This document shows, piece after piece, positions 55,638 through 64,000 of a stretch of DNA of 64,000 nt. Made by a program: the position numbers and the translations under genes. The stretch's first letter is position 1, and each line of letters begins with the position of its first letter. Source of the DNA: Escherichia coli. GTDB lineage: Bacteria > Pseudomonadota > Gammaproteobacteria > Enterobacterales > Enterobacteriaceae. Under the pieces are notes generated by a model. That model was not told the DNA's origin and did not search any database. It was given only the letters and a program-made list of their open reading frames with translations. Location of the stretch: NCBI RefSeq assembly GCF_044324785.1, contig NZ_CP172127.1; one strand, 5' to 3'.

Positions 55638-57020
55638 TCAACCTGCCACACTCCCCCACACCAGTTGCCCTTTATGGAACGTCGCCGTTCTCGGCGAGAT
55701 ACGCGCCACCGCCTCGGCGGAACAGGAGGCGTCCACCAGCACAAAGCTGGCGTCATCCTGCGCTTTAGGCCACACACGCTCGCCTTTTTCGTTGAGCGGC
55801 AATACATCGCCAGTGGCTAAAAACAGCGAACGGGAGAGGTTCTGTTCGTTAGGACGAATATAGAGCTGCGCGTAGAGATTGGCTTTTTCCAGCATGTCGC
55901 CCAGGCCGTAAGGCGACCAGTGGTCGATAACGCTGTCGGTGCCGGTCATCACTTTTACGCCTTTGTCGTGCAGTTGTTTAAGCGGCATATGTAGCGTGCC
56001 GATCGGCACCGTCGAGGCGATAGAAATTTGCTGCGCCGCCATCCGGTGCGCCAGTTCATCTACCTGTTGCTCATTGAGCGTTGCCAACGCAAAGGCGTGA
56101 CTGATGGTCAGCTTGCCCTTCAGTTGCGGCGTTTTCTCCACTGTTTCAACCATATAATTGATGGCCGCCACGCCTGCCGGAGTGGTTTCATGCAGGTGAA
56201 TATCGACGCCTTTGTCGTAGTCCAGCGCAATCTGGAACATGGTGTCGAGGGATTTTTCCATCGCGCCATCAACACTGGTTGGGTCCAGCCCGCCGACGTA
56301 ATGCGCCCCTGCCTGCATCGCTTCGCGCATTAAGGGTTCCGATTTCGACAGCAGCAAACCGTGCTGCGGGAAGGCGACGATTTCACACTCGAAGCCCGCC
56401 TGACGTCGCGCCAGCACCGCCTGCAAATTTTGCAGATTTTTCAGGCCGGAAACCGGTTCGATATTGCAGTGGCTGCGGGCAATGGTAGTGCCTTTCGACT
56501 GCAATAAATCGATCAGTTTTTCCGCCCTTTCCTGAGTGTACGGTTGCAACTCCGGCAGCATTTTCTGCTCGAGTTTGATCATGTCCTGGATGGTGGTGCC
56601 TGCCGGGCGATTGAGCGAGCGCCACGGCCCGCCGTAAAAGGTTTTGTCGAGATGAATATGCATGTCGCGGGTGGTGGGCAGCATCAGCTTACCGCCAGCG
56701 TCATAGTGCGGCAGCGTGGCGTCCGGATGCTGCTTGTTCTCGCGCAGGGCAACAATTTTGCCGTTCTGAATCTCTACGGTCTGGTGCGCCGTGCGGGTCT
56801 GTACCGCCACACCGTTTTCGTAGTCAAAACCGGTTTCCAGCAGCACGTTGTCGAGATAGTAGTGCGGGTCAGTGATTTTCATGGTGTTATTCGCGTCGCA
56901 GTTTAGGGTGCCAGAGACTGCCGCATGGGCGAGCGGCACAGAGGTACCAAACAGCGCGGCGGCGGTGACCATCTTACCGCTCTGGCTCAGAAACTCACGG
57001 CGGCTATTGTTTTTTTTCAT
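55638..57020 (-). CDS. yahJ: Amidohydrolase-superfamily deaminase with Tat signal peptide, 460 aa
   Basis: Twin-arginine motif SRREFLSQ followed by a hydrophobic stretch and AHA; metal-dependent hydrolase features (HIHLDKT, HLHE). Confidence 0.85.
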   Translation of the reverse strand: MKKNNSRREFLSQSGKMVTAAALFGTSVPLAHAAVSGTLNCDANNTMKITDPHYYLDNVLLETGFDYENGVAVQTRTAHQTVEIQNGKIVALRENKQHPDATLPHYDAGGKLMLPTTRDMHIHLDKTFYGGPWRSLNRPAGTTIQDMIKLEQKMLPELQPYTQERAEKLIDLLQSKGTTIARSHCNIEPVSGLKNLQNLQAVLARRQAGFECEIVAFPQHGLLLSKSEPLMREAMQAGAHYVGGLDPTSVDGAMEKSLDTMFQIALDYDKGVDIHLHETTPAGVAAINYMVETVEKTPQLKGKLTISHAFALATLNEQQVDELAHRMAAQQISIASTVPIGTLHMPLKQLHDKGVKVMTGTDSVIDHWSPYGLGDMLEKANLYAQLYIRPNEQNLSRSLFLATGDVLPLNEKGERVWPKAQDDASFVLVDASCSAEAVARISPRTATFHKGQLVWGSVAG

Positions 57021-57029
57021 CTTACGTCC

Positions 57030-57980
57030 TTACGTTTTAATAATATGTGTGCCTGTTTCGCCGCGCAGCGCCGCAGGCAGGCATTCCGGCGTGGTGATAA
57101 TCACTTCTTTGCCGCCCTGCTCCAGGAACGTCAGGCTGGCGATGATTTTTGGCAACATGCTGCCAGGCGGGAAATGCCCTTCCTGCATATAGCGGGTCAT
57201 GGTGGCAATATCCACCCGATCCAGCGCCTGCTGCTGCGGCTTGCCAAAGTGAATACACACTTTTTCGACGCCGGTGGTGATCACCAGAATGTCGGCGTGA
57301 ATTTCACGGGCCAATAGCGCGGTAGAGAGATCTTTGTCGATAACCGCGTCCACGCTTTGGTAATCCCCCGCTTCACTGCACACCACCGGAATTCCACCGC
57401 CGCCCGCGCCAATCACCACAAAACCTTGTTGGATCAGCGCCTTAATGGCAGGTGCTTCGACAATACGTTTCGGTTCCGGCGAGGCGACCACGCGGCGATA
57501 GCCCCGTCCGGCATCTTCAACAAAACGCCAGTCAGGATTTGCCTTTTGTAATTCGTCACGCTGGCTGTCACTAAAGAATGCGCCGATGGGCTTGGTGGGA
57601 TGAGCAAATCCCGGATCGTTTTTATCCACTTCCACCTGAGTCACCACGGTGACGGCTTTTTTCTCGCCGTGACGCGCCAGCCGGTTGTTCAGCGCCTGTT
57701 GGATCAGATAGCCAATGCCGCCTTGCGTATCCGCCACACAGTTCGCCAGCGGCGTTAAGGGCAGCCCTTCGCGCTCGTGGGCAATCTCCGCGCGGCGTAA
57801 ATCCAAACCGACCTGCGGCCCGTTGCCGTGGGTCAGCACAATGTCGTAATCGGAAGCCAGCATTTCCAGCACCGTATCGGCCACGGCTTTCACCGCCTCC
57901 GCCTGATGCTCAATCGACTGGCTGGCGTTATCTTTGATAATGCTGTTGCCACCAATGGCAACGACCACAAGTTCTTTCAT
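57030..57980 (-). CDS. yahI: Carbamate kinase-like protein, 316 aa
   Basis: Amino-acid-kinase fold motifs (VVAIGGNS, ITHGNGPQVG). Confidence 0.85.
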   Translation of the reverse strand: MKELVVVAIGGNSIIKDNASQSIEHQAEAVKAVADTVLEMLASDYDIVLTHGNGPQVGLDLRRAEIAHEREGLPLTPLANCVADTQGGIGYLIQQALNNRLARHGEKKAVTVVTQVEVDKNDPGFAHPTKPIGAFFSDSQRDELQKANPDWRFVEDAGRGYRRVVASPEPKRIVEAPAIKALIQQGFVVIGAGGGGIPVVCSEAGDYQSVDAVIDKDLSTALLAREIHADILVITTGVEKVCIHFGKPQQQALDRVDIATMTRYMQEGHFPPGSMLPKIIASLTFLEQGGKEVIITTPECLPAALRGETGTHIIKT

Positions 57981-58028
57981 GTTGTTATGTCCGCTACAGA
58001 GGGTGATGGGGTTATGACCAACGCCAGA

Positions 58029-58204
58029 CTGCCTGATGCGCTACGCTTATCAGGCCTAGAATTCTCGTGCCATTCGTAGGCCGGATAAGGCGTTCACGCC
58101 GCATCCGGCAATGGTGACAAATGCCTGATGCGCTACGCTTATCAGGCCTACAGATTCTCGCGCCACTCGTAGGCCGGATAAGGCGTTCACGCCGCATCCG
58201 GCAA
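58029..58204. repeat. BIME: tandem pair of about 95-bp units, each with two REP sequences
   Basis: Two near-identical units containing GCCTGATGCGCTACGCTTATCAGGCCTA and GTAGGCCGGATAAGGCGTTCACGCCGCATCCGGCA. Confidence 0.85.
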
Positions 58205-58225
58205 AGACAACGCGCACTTTGCAGG

Positions 58226-59503
58226 TCAGACGCCGTAACGTTCGCACCAGCCAAGAATGGCTTTTTCGAAGCAGGCGAATGGTGGATGCACAATGCCCGC
58301 GCCAATCATGCCGATGCCCGCATCTTTATGAGCGATGGCGGTGTTGATCACTGGCAGAATGCCGCTACTGCCCACGCGGGTGATGTCGATTGCCGACGGC
58401 ACGCCCATAAAACCGAGCAGCGGAATGGTGACGTTGGGGTTTTCGCCGAGAGTGATTTCGCGCATCTGACGGGAGAAATCGATAGCTTCTTCCACCGTAC
58501 CGCCCACCAGCGCGACGATTGCAGGCGCGGTCGCCATAGCAAATCCGCCAATACCGTAGGTTTCGGTGATGGCACTGTCGCCAATATCCAATCCAGAATC
58601 TTCCGGCTTATAACCGGCAAACATCGGGCCGATCACCTGCTGCGCCGGACCGGAGAAGTAGTCGCTGCTGGCGACAAACTCAAACACTTCGCGCTGTTGC
58701 TCGACGGAATAGCCCGCCTGAATAATCCCCGGCGTCAGCGCCTGAATCAGCAACGTAGTCCCGGCGTTATTGCGGTTATGGCATTCATCGCCCATATGCA
58801 GCGCCTGCGCCAGCATCAAGCGCAGATCGATCTCGCCGATAATTTTCATTGCGTCACGCAGCATTGGCCCCTGCACATCGCGCATCCAGTTGAGGCGGTC
58901 AATCACGCTCTGGTCGTTAGCGCCCATACGCAAAATCTTCGCCATCTGCTCGCTCATGTTGGTATAAGCGATGTTGCCGTAGGTTTTGTTTTTTACGATG
59001 TGCATAAACATCGAGGCCGAGGTAACACCCGCCATCGATCCCACACAGTCGTGTTCGTGGCACGGCGAGAAGGTGATCTCCCCGGAGGCCGCCAGGTCAG
59101 CCGCCTCGTCGAGATCTTTCGCCAGTCCTTCGAACACCAGCGCTCCGGTGACCGCGCCTTTCATCGCGCCGCACATTTTTTCCCAGGTGATCGGCGGCCC
59201 GGCGTGAAGAATGGTTTTCGGCGTCATGCCCGGCACCACGTTAATCGCCTGATCAAAACCAATCAGCACCGGATGTGACTGAATAATGCGCTCCAGAGCC
59301 TGCTGATTAGCGGCGGCGATTTTGTCTGCCAGCGGCGAATCGGCAATGTTATCCAGCGCCTGCACCACCTGCATATTGCCCTGCCCCGGCGGCGTCCAGT
59401 CGAGTTGGGTCACTTCTACATGCTGCTTTTTCAGGTCATCGCTAAACATGGCGATGCCGACGTTAATAACGTTCAACGGTTGGCTAAACAGTGACTGGCT
59501 CAT
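58226..59503 (-). CDS. yahG: DUF1116-family protein YahG, 425 aa
   Basis: Start ATG overlaps the yahF stop (ATGA); I recall the K-12 protein as longer, so the N-terminus is uncertain. Confidence 0.75.
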   Translation of the reverse strand: MSQSLFSQPLNVINVGIAMFSDDLKKQHVEVTQLDWTPPGQGNMQVVQALDNIADSPLADKIAAANQQALERIIQSHPVLIGFDQAINVVPGMTPKTILHAGPPITWEKMCGAMKGAVTGALVFEGLAKDLDEAADLAASGEITFSPCHEHDCVGSMAGVTSASMFMHIVKNKTYGNIAYTNMSEQMAKILRMGANDQSVIDRLNWMRDVQGPMLRDAMKIIGEIDLRLMLAQALHMGDECHNRNNAGTTLLIQALTPGIIQAGYSVEQQREVFEFVASSDYFSGPAQQVIGPMFAGYKPEDSGLDIGDSAITETYGIGGFAMATAPAIVALVGGTVEEAIDFSRQMREITLGENPNVTIPLLGFMGVPSAIDITRVGSSGILPVINTAIAHKDAGIGMIGAGIVHPPFACFEKAILGWCERYGV

Positions 59504-61050
59504 CAGGCTTCCTCCCCTTTGCAGATAAATTCACGCGCCAGCAATCCGGTATTGGTGCTACTGCTGGCCAGAATCACTCCGCCATCAAGCAGCATCTGGC
59601 TTTGTTGTTCTAACGATGGCGTATCGAGATCGGTACCCAGAACATAGGCGAGAATGATCAACTCGCGCCCTTCGGCAGCGGCGATCGCTTTCGCCTCTTT
59701 GATCGCCTCGATGGTGGAACCGACCGGATCTTCATGCGATCCAAACCCGAGCACAAAATCCATCACGATCACCGCCACTTCTGGATCGCGCGCTTCTTCG
59801 ATCAACCGGCTGATACGGTTGGTGGGGTCAATCATTGGATGCGGCTTGCCGTTGGTGAAGTCGTCATCGCCAAAGTCGAGGAAGGTGTGTTTGATGCTGC
59901 GGTTGATATCTTGCAGGCGGAATTCAGGATCGGGCTGAATGTTGCTGTAGACATCGCCATGTTTTTCCATCACCGCGAACATGGTTTCGTCACACAGCGT
60001 ACCGCCGCAGAACAGGCCACGAATGTATTTCTGTTGCGGCTTCAGGCGAGCGCGCACGTCAGCAATCAATGGCTGGTTCAGGGTATGCAGATCGAGATGT
60101 TCCTGTTTCACGCCGGAGAGCATCACCGCTTTCAGCGCCGCTTCTTTGCTGCCGCGGGCAAACTTTAGCCCCTGCTCATCCACTGGCGTTTCGCCACGAC
60201 CGAGGAAGCAGACCACCACCGGCTTGCGGCAGGCGCGTGCGCGTTCCAGCACTTTGCGGGCCACCGCAGGCGCAGGCGGTTTGGAGATAAGCACAATAAT
60301 TTCAGTTTGCGGATCGTTTTCCAGCATCCCGATGGCGTCGAGCATCATCAGGCCGCCGATTTTCTCGCTCAGGTCGCGCCCGCCGGTGCCGATCAGTTGC
60401 GAAACGCCGCCGCCAAATTCATGGATACGGACGCTCAGCTCCTGGCTACCGGTGCCGGATGCGCCAACAATGCCGATGTTGCCGCGACGCACGGCGTTAC
60501 CAAAGCAGAGCGCCGCGCCGTTGATAATCGCCGTACCGCAGTCTGGCCCCATCATCAGCAGCCCTTTTTCGTGGGCCAACTGTTTGAGCGCCAGTTCATC
60601 TTCAACTGAGACGTTATCGGAAAACAGCATCACGTTAAGATCGTTTTGCAGCGCCTGACGCGCTTCGCGAGCGGCAAACAGACCGTTGACCGAAATCACC
60701 GCCAGGTTACTTTCCGGGATATGCTTTTTGGCGCTGGCAATAGTGGCATAGCGTGCTTCATGTGAACCAGTTTGAGCTTTGCTGTTGAACAGTTCTTCAA
60801 TCTCCACCAGCAACTGCTCGTTGTCCGCACCCGCTTTGCCGTTGATGACAATCATCAGGTCACCGTTTTTCGCCTGCTCCAGTTCCGGCGTCAGCAGTCC
60901 TAAATTCTTCAGCACGCCTTTGTTCATTTCGGTCGCCATCGCCACAAATGCCTGCTCGACGCCGTCGAGTTTATTTGCACGCGTGGAGATAGACATCAGC
61001 GAGACAGAATCAAAATAGGTATTCGGTTTAATGACTATTTTAACTGACAT
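59503..61050 (-). CDS. yahF: FdrA-family protein (NDP-forming acyl-CoA synthetase-like), 515 aa
   Basis: CoA-binding/succinyl-CoA-ligase-alpha-like features. Confidence 0.85.
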   Translation of the reverse strand: MSVKIVIKPNTYFDSVSLMSISTRANKLDGVEQAFVAMATEMNKGVLKNLGLLTPELEQAKNGDLMIVINGKAGADNEQLLVEIEELFNSKAQTGSHEARYATIASAKKHIPESNLAVISVNGLFAAREARQALQNDLNVMLFSDNVSVEDELALKQLAHEKGLLMMGPDCGTAIINGAALCFGNAVRRGNIGIVGASGTGSQELSVRIHEFGGGVSQLIGTGGRDLSEKIGGLMMLDAIGMLENDPQTEIIVLISKPPAPAVARKVLERARACRKPVVVCFLGRGETPVDEQGLKFARGSKEAALKAVMLSGVKQEHLDLHTLNQPLIADVRARLKPQQKYIRGLFCGGTLCDETMFAVMEKHGDVYSNIQPDPEFRLQDINRSIKHTFLDFGDDDFTNGKPHPMIDPTNRISRLIEEARDPEVAVIVMDFVLGFGSHEDPVGSTIEAIKEAKAIAAAEGRELIILAYVLGTDLDTPSLEQQSQMLLDGGVILASSSTNTGLLAREFICKGEEA

Positions 61051-61903
61051 AATTCCCTCCGTAGGTTTGGCTCAGCGCACAACCATCGGCCATGCCATAC
61101 AGCATGTCGCAGCCGGAACTGGAGCCAATATGTTTAATTTTTTCTATTGCCTGAGTTGCGTTCCCAGGGATGTCATAAATAATGTTATGAATAAAACGAT
61201 GAATATTTTCCCGGCAGCGTTGTTGTAATGCGGCTTCCAGCGTTATGGCACTTAATAACGTGGTATTATTTCTGCCGCGTTGCAGACCGAGATAAAATTC
61301 CTCTTTGTATTTTTCCGCCGGATGTCCGGAAATAAATAAAATAAGCGCCAGACCTGTTAAATAATCGTCAGCTGATGGCGTAAGGCCAATCCCTAAGCCC
61401 ATCATACTGGCGACTGCTGAGGCGATATTTTGTTTATCGTTTACGGCCTGAATAACTGCCCGTCGTTTAATATGTAATTCTTTATTTAACGCCTGATAAA
61501 ACGGATTATCGCCGCAATAATTAAACAGGGTTTCATTTTCCCCCAGGTGCTGATGAATAATGTCATGCCACTGTTGCCAGGCGATAAGGTGAAAATTCAC
61601 AGCGGTCATTTGCAAGGTTGGGGACAGCCAACGCCGACAACGACTCATCTCTATATGAAGATGTTGACCAACCGTAATGCCTTGATCGTCAAACTGAACC
61701 TTATCACCATGCCGGAACAGACCATCAAAGTGAGTGAGTGCCAACCGACAACTGTTTGGCGCATTGTCATACTCTTCACAAAGCAGCGTCAGCAACTGCT
61801 GGCGGGCCGGAAGTGCGATATTTACCGCTCTGGCAAAGACCTGTTCAACCTGTCCTTGCCCCCGCTGTGCCAGAAAATCCGCATCCGCAGTTAGCGCCCA
61901 CAC
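61040..61903 (-). CDS. yahE: DUF2877-family protein YahE, 287 aa
   Basis: 11-nt overlap with yahF; synteny. Confidence 0.8.
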   Translation of the reverse strand: MWALTADADFLAQRGQGQVEQVFARAVNIALPARQQLLTLLCEEYDNAPNSCRLALTHFDGLFRHGDKVQFDDQGITVGQHLHIEMSRCRRWLSPTLQMTAVNFHLIAWQQWHDIIHQHLGENETLFNYCGDNPFYQALNKELHIKRRAVIQAVNDKQNIASAVASMMGLGIGLTPSADDYLTGLALILFISGHPAEKYKEEFYLGLQRGRNNTTLLSAITLEAALQQRCRENIHRFIHNIIYDIPGNATQAIEKIKHIGSSSGCDMLYGMADGCALSQTYGGNYVS

Positions 61904-61942
61904 ACACCGTCTTTCTGGTGTGTCGATAACAAGCCTCCCGGT

Positions 61943-62548
61943 TTATGCACCTGCGGCAATCAGCAACTGCGCAATCTCTTCAAAGCCTCGTTCCCGCGCC
62001 AGTTCCAGCGGCGTTTTGCCATATTTATCCGTCATGTGCGGGCTGGCACCGTGTTCAAGCAATAACTGGACAATCGCCTGCTGTTTAATCCCGCCATCAT
62101 TAAGCACAATTGCTTCCAGTAGCGGCGTCCAGCCAACATAGTTGGTCTGGTTAACGTTAATCTCCGTATGCGCCAAAAGCTCTTTTACAATACTTAAATG
62201 GCCTTTTTCACAGGCAGGCGTCAGGCCGACACCGCCAAAACGGGTGACGCAATTAAGATCGGGTTTAGCCGGTAAAATAATCCGTAACAGGGTTAAATCG
62301 CCGGTCAGGCAGCTAATTAAAAAAGGATTTGAACATATTTGATCTTGCTTATTAATATCCGCTCCGGCATCAATTAATGCCTGAACGCAAGCATATTGCT
62401 GATATAAACTTGCCAGCGTAATTGCCGTTTTTCCCTGACGATCGCAGGTATTAATATCGACACCCAGCGCAAGGCAGGTTTTTACTTTATCGATATCACC
62501 CTGTTGCGCAGCCAATAAATAGTCGGCAGGTAGATTTTTTATAGTCAT
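61943..62548 (-). CDS. yahD: Ankyrin-repeat protein, 201 aa
   Basis: Repeated ankyrin signatures (G-TPL…A…GH…V…LL..GAD/GAS). Confidence 0.85.
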   Translation of the reverse strand: MTIKNLPADYLLAAQQGDIDKVKTCLALGVDINTCDRQGKTAITLASLYQQYACVQALIDAGADINKQDQICSNPFLISCLTGDLTLLRIILPAKPDLNCVTRFGGVGLTPACEKGHLSIVKELLAHTEINVNQTNYVGWTPLLEAIVLNDGGIKQQAIVQLLLEHGASPHMTDKYGKTPLELARERGFEEIAQLLIAAGA

Positions 62549-62805
62549 TCACATTCCCCTGGTTTTTGTGGCTGTTTTCGATGAATTGAGAATAGCAACG
62601 ATAATCTGATAAAAGAACCCGCTTAAATTTAATTCGCCGTATTTCGCCTTTTTGTTGAATGATGTTCAACAATCTTTTCGCAGTGTGCGGTAGTGCAATA
62701 TTTGTTTCTTTGACCCGATACCCTTTCACTCAATCAGGTTTTATTTCTCTATAGTCTGCACATGTAAGAGTAGCTTTCGTCCATGTCTAACCAGAGGGGA
62801 ACAAG

Positions 62806-63303
62806 ATGAACGGACTCACGGCAACGGGTGTCACCGTCGGTATTTGTGCAGGGCTTTGGCAGTTAGTGTCTTCACATGTTGGGCTCTCTCAGGGATGGGA
62901 ATTATTAGGAACCATTGGCTTCGTCGCCTTTTGCAGTTTTTATGCCGCAGGCGGCGGTAAATCGGGGTTTATCAGAAGTCTGGCGGTTAATTATTCCGGG
63001 ATGGTGTGGGCGTTTTTCGCCGCGCTGGCTGCCGGCTGGCTGGCCTCGGTGAGTGGATTGTCCACGTTCTGGGCGAGCGTGATTATGACTGTACCCTTCT
63101 CGGCGGTGGTGGTCTGGCAAGGACGTTTCGGTTTATTGTCTTTTATTCCCGGAGGCTTTCTCGGCATGACGCTATTTTTTGCCAGCGGGATGAACTGGAC
63201 AGTGACATTACTGGGTTTTCTGGCGGGTAACTGCGTGGGGATAATTTCAGAATATGGCGGACAAAAATTAAGCGAAGCGACGACTAAACGCGACGGGTAT
63301 TAA
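62806..63303 (+). CDS. yahC: Inner-membrane protein YahC, 165 aa
   Basis: Four to five hydrophobic helices; divergent from yahD. Confidence 0.8.
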   Translation: MNGLTATGVTVGICAGLWQLVSSHVGLSQGWELLGTIGFVAFCSFYAAGGGKSGFIRSLAVNYSGMVWAFFAALAAGWLASVSGLSTFWASVIMTVPFSAVVVWQGRFGLLSFIPGGFLGMTLFFASGMNWTVTLLGFLAGNCVGIISEYGGQKLSEATTKRDGY

Positions 63304-63394
63304 AAGTTATTCAAAAATGATTATCTATCTTTAACCGATACCTCTACAGTCATGGCTGGAGAAATTCATATTCGATAATGGCGGGAATGGTTTA

Positions 63395-64000
63395 ATGAAC
63401 TCAATTTTTACCGAAGAGAATCTGTTGGCATTTACTACCGCTGCGCGTTTTGGCAGTTTCAGTAAAGCCGCAGAAGAGTTGGGTTTAACCACTTCCGCCA
63501 TTAGCTACACCATCAAGCGAATGGAAACAGGGCTGGATGTGGTGCTGTTCACTCGCAGTACCCGAAGCATTGAGTTAACGGAGTCCGGGCGTTATTTTTT
63601 CCGCAAAGCTACCGACCTGCTGAATGATTTTCACGCCATCAAACGCAGCATCGATACTATTTCGCAGGGTATAGAAGCACGGGTGCGCATTTGTATTAAC
63701 CAACTGCTTTATACGCCCAAACACACCGCACGCTTATTACAGGTACTGAAAAAGCAGTTTCCAACCTGCCAGATTACCGTGACGACCGAAGTGTATAACG
63801 GCGTCTGGGATGCGATTATTAATAATCAGGCGAATATTGCTATCGGCGCGCCCGACACACTGCTGGACGGCGGCGGCATTGATTACACGGAGATTGGCGC
63901 AATTCGCTGGGCTTTTGCTATCGCCCCGGATCACCCATTAGCCTTTGTGCCGGAGCCGATCGCCGAAAGCCAACTGCGTCTCTATCCTAATATCATGGTG
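63395..64000 (+). CDS. yahB: LysR-family transcriptional regulator, N-terminal part (3' end lies outside the window)
   Basis: ATG 63395; N-terminal LysR HTH (FTTAARFGSFSKAAEELGLTTSAISYTIKRME); open to the window end. Confidence 0.8.
   Translation, partial: MNSIFTEENLLAFTTAARFGSFSKAAEELGLTTSAISYTIKRMETGLDVVLFTRSTRSIELTESGRYFFRKATDLLNDFHAIKRSIDTISQGIEARVRICINQLLYTPKHTARLLQVLKKQFPTCQITVTTEVYNGVWDAIINNQANIAIGAPDTLLDGGGIDYTEIGAIRWAFAIAPDHPLAFVPEPIAESQLRLYPNIMV

Noticed and set aside
58029-58204. Possible CRISPR array suggested by regularly spaced repeats
   Set aside because: The repeats are imperfect palindromic REP sequences in alternating orientation with only two units, there are no cas genes nearby, and unit lengths do not fit a CRISPR repeat-spacer pattern.
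58012-58305. 97-aa and 63-aa ORFs across the yahI-yahG spacer
   Set aside because: They are translations of the tandem REP/BIME palindromes (repetitive RMRRERLIRPT peptides), not genes.

Overview
This window is an Escherichia coli chromosomal segment, read in the opposite orientation to the usual K-12 map, running from the 3' end of ampH through the tau, frm, mhp, lac, cyn, cod and prp operons into the yah cluster. Almost all of it is coding and syntenic with the K-12 lac region, but the strain is not K-12. Gene identities were recognised by reading the translated ORFs and recalling E. coli proteins; no database search was run, and all K-12 comparisons are from memory. Three structural differences from K-12 stand out: (1) an IS5-family insertion sequence (4453-5647, 1195 bp) sits 152 bp upstream of an uninterrupted yaiT autotransporter gene; (2) yaiS-yaiP-yaiX-yaiO is intact and reads like a cryptic synthase-dependent surface-polysaccharide module, preceded by a 550-bp AT-rich region with repeated motifs; (3) about 5.4 kb inserted between yahK and yahJ carries a four-gene sugar-type ABC importer plus an ASCH-domain gene, embedded in the yahDEFGIJ cluster that resembles the oxamate-transcarbamylase/carbamate-kinase genes of the allantoin regulon. 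Regulatory sites supported by sequence include the lac promoter with CAP site and operators O1-O3, the frmR operator palindrome, a sigma54 promoter for prpB, REP/BIME repeats and several hairpins between convergent genes. No CRISPR array, tRNA or rRNA gene was found.
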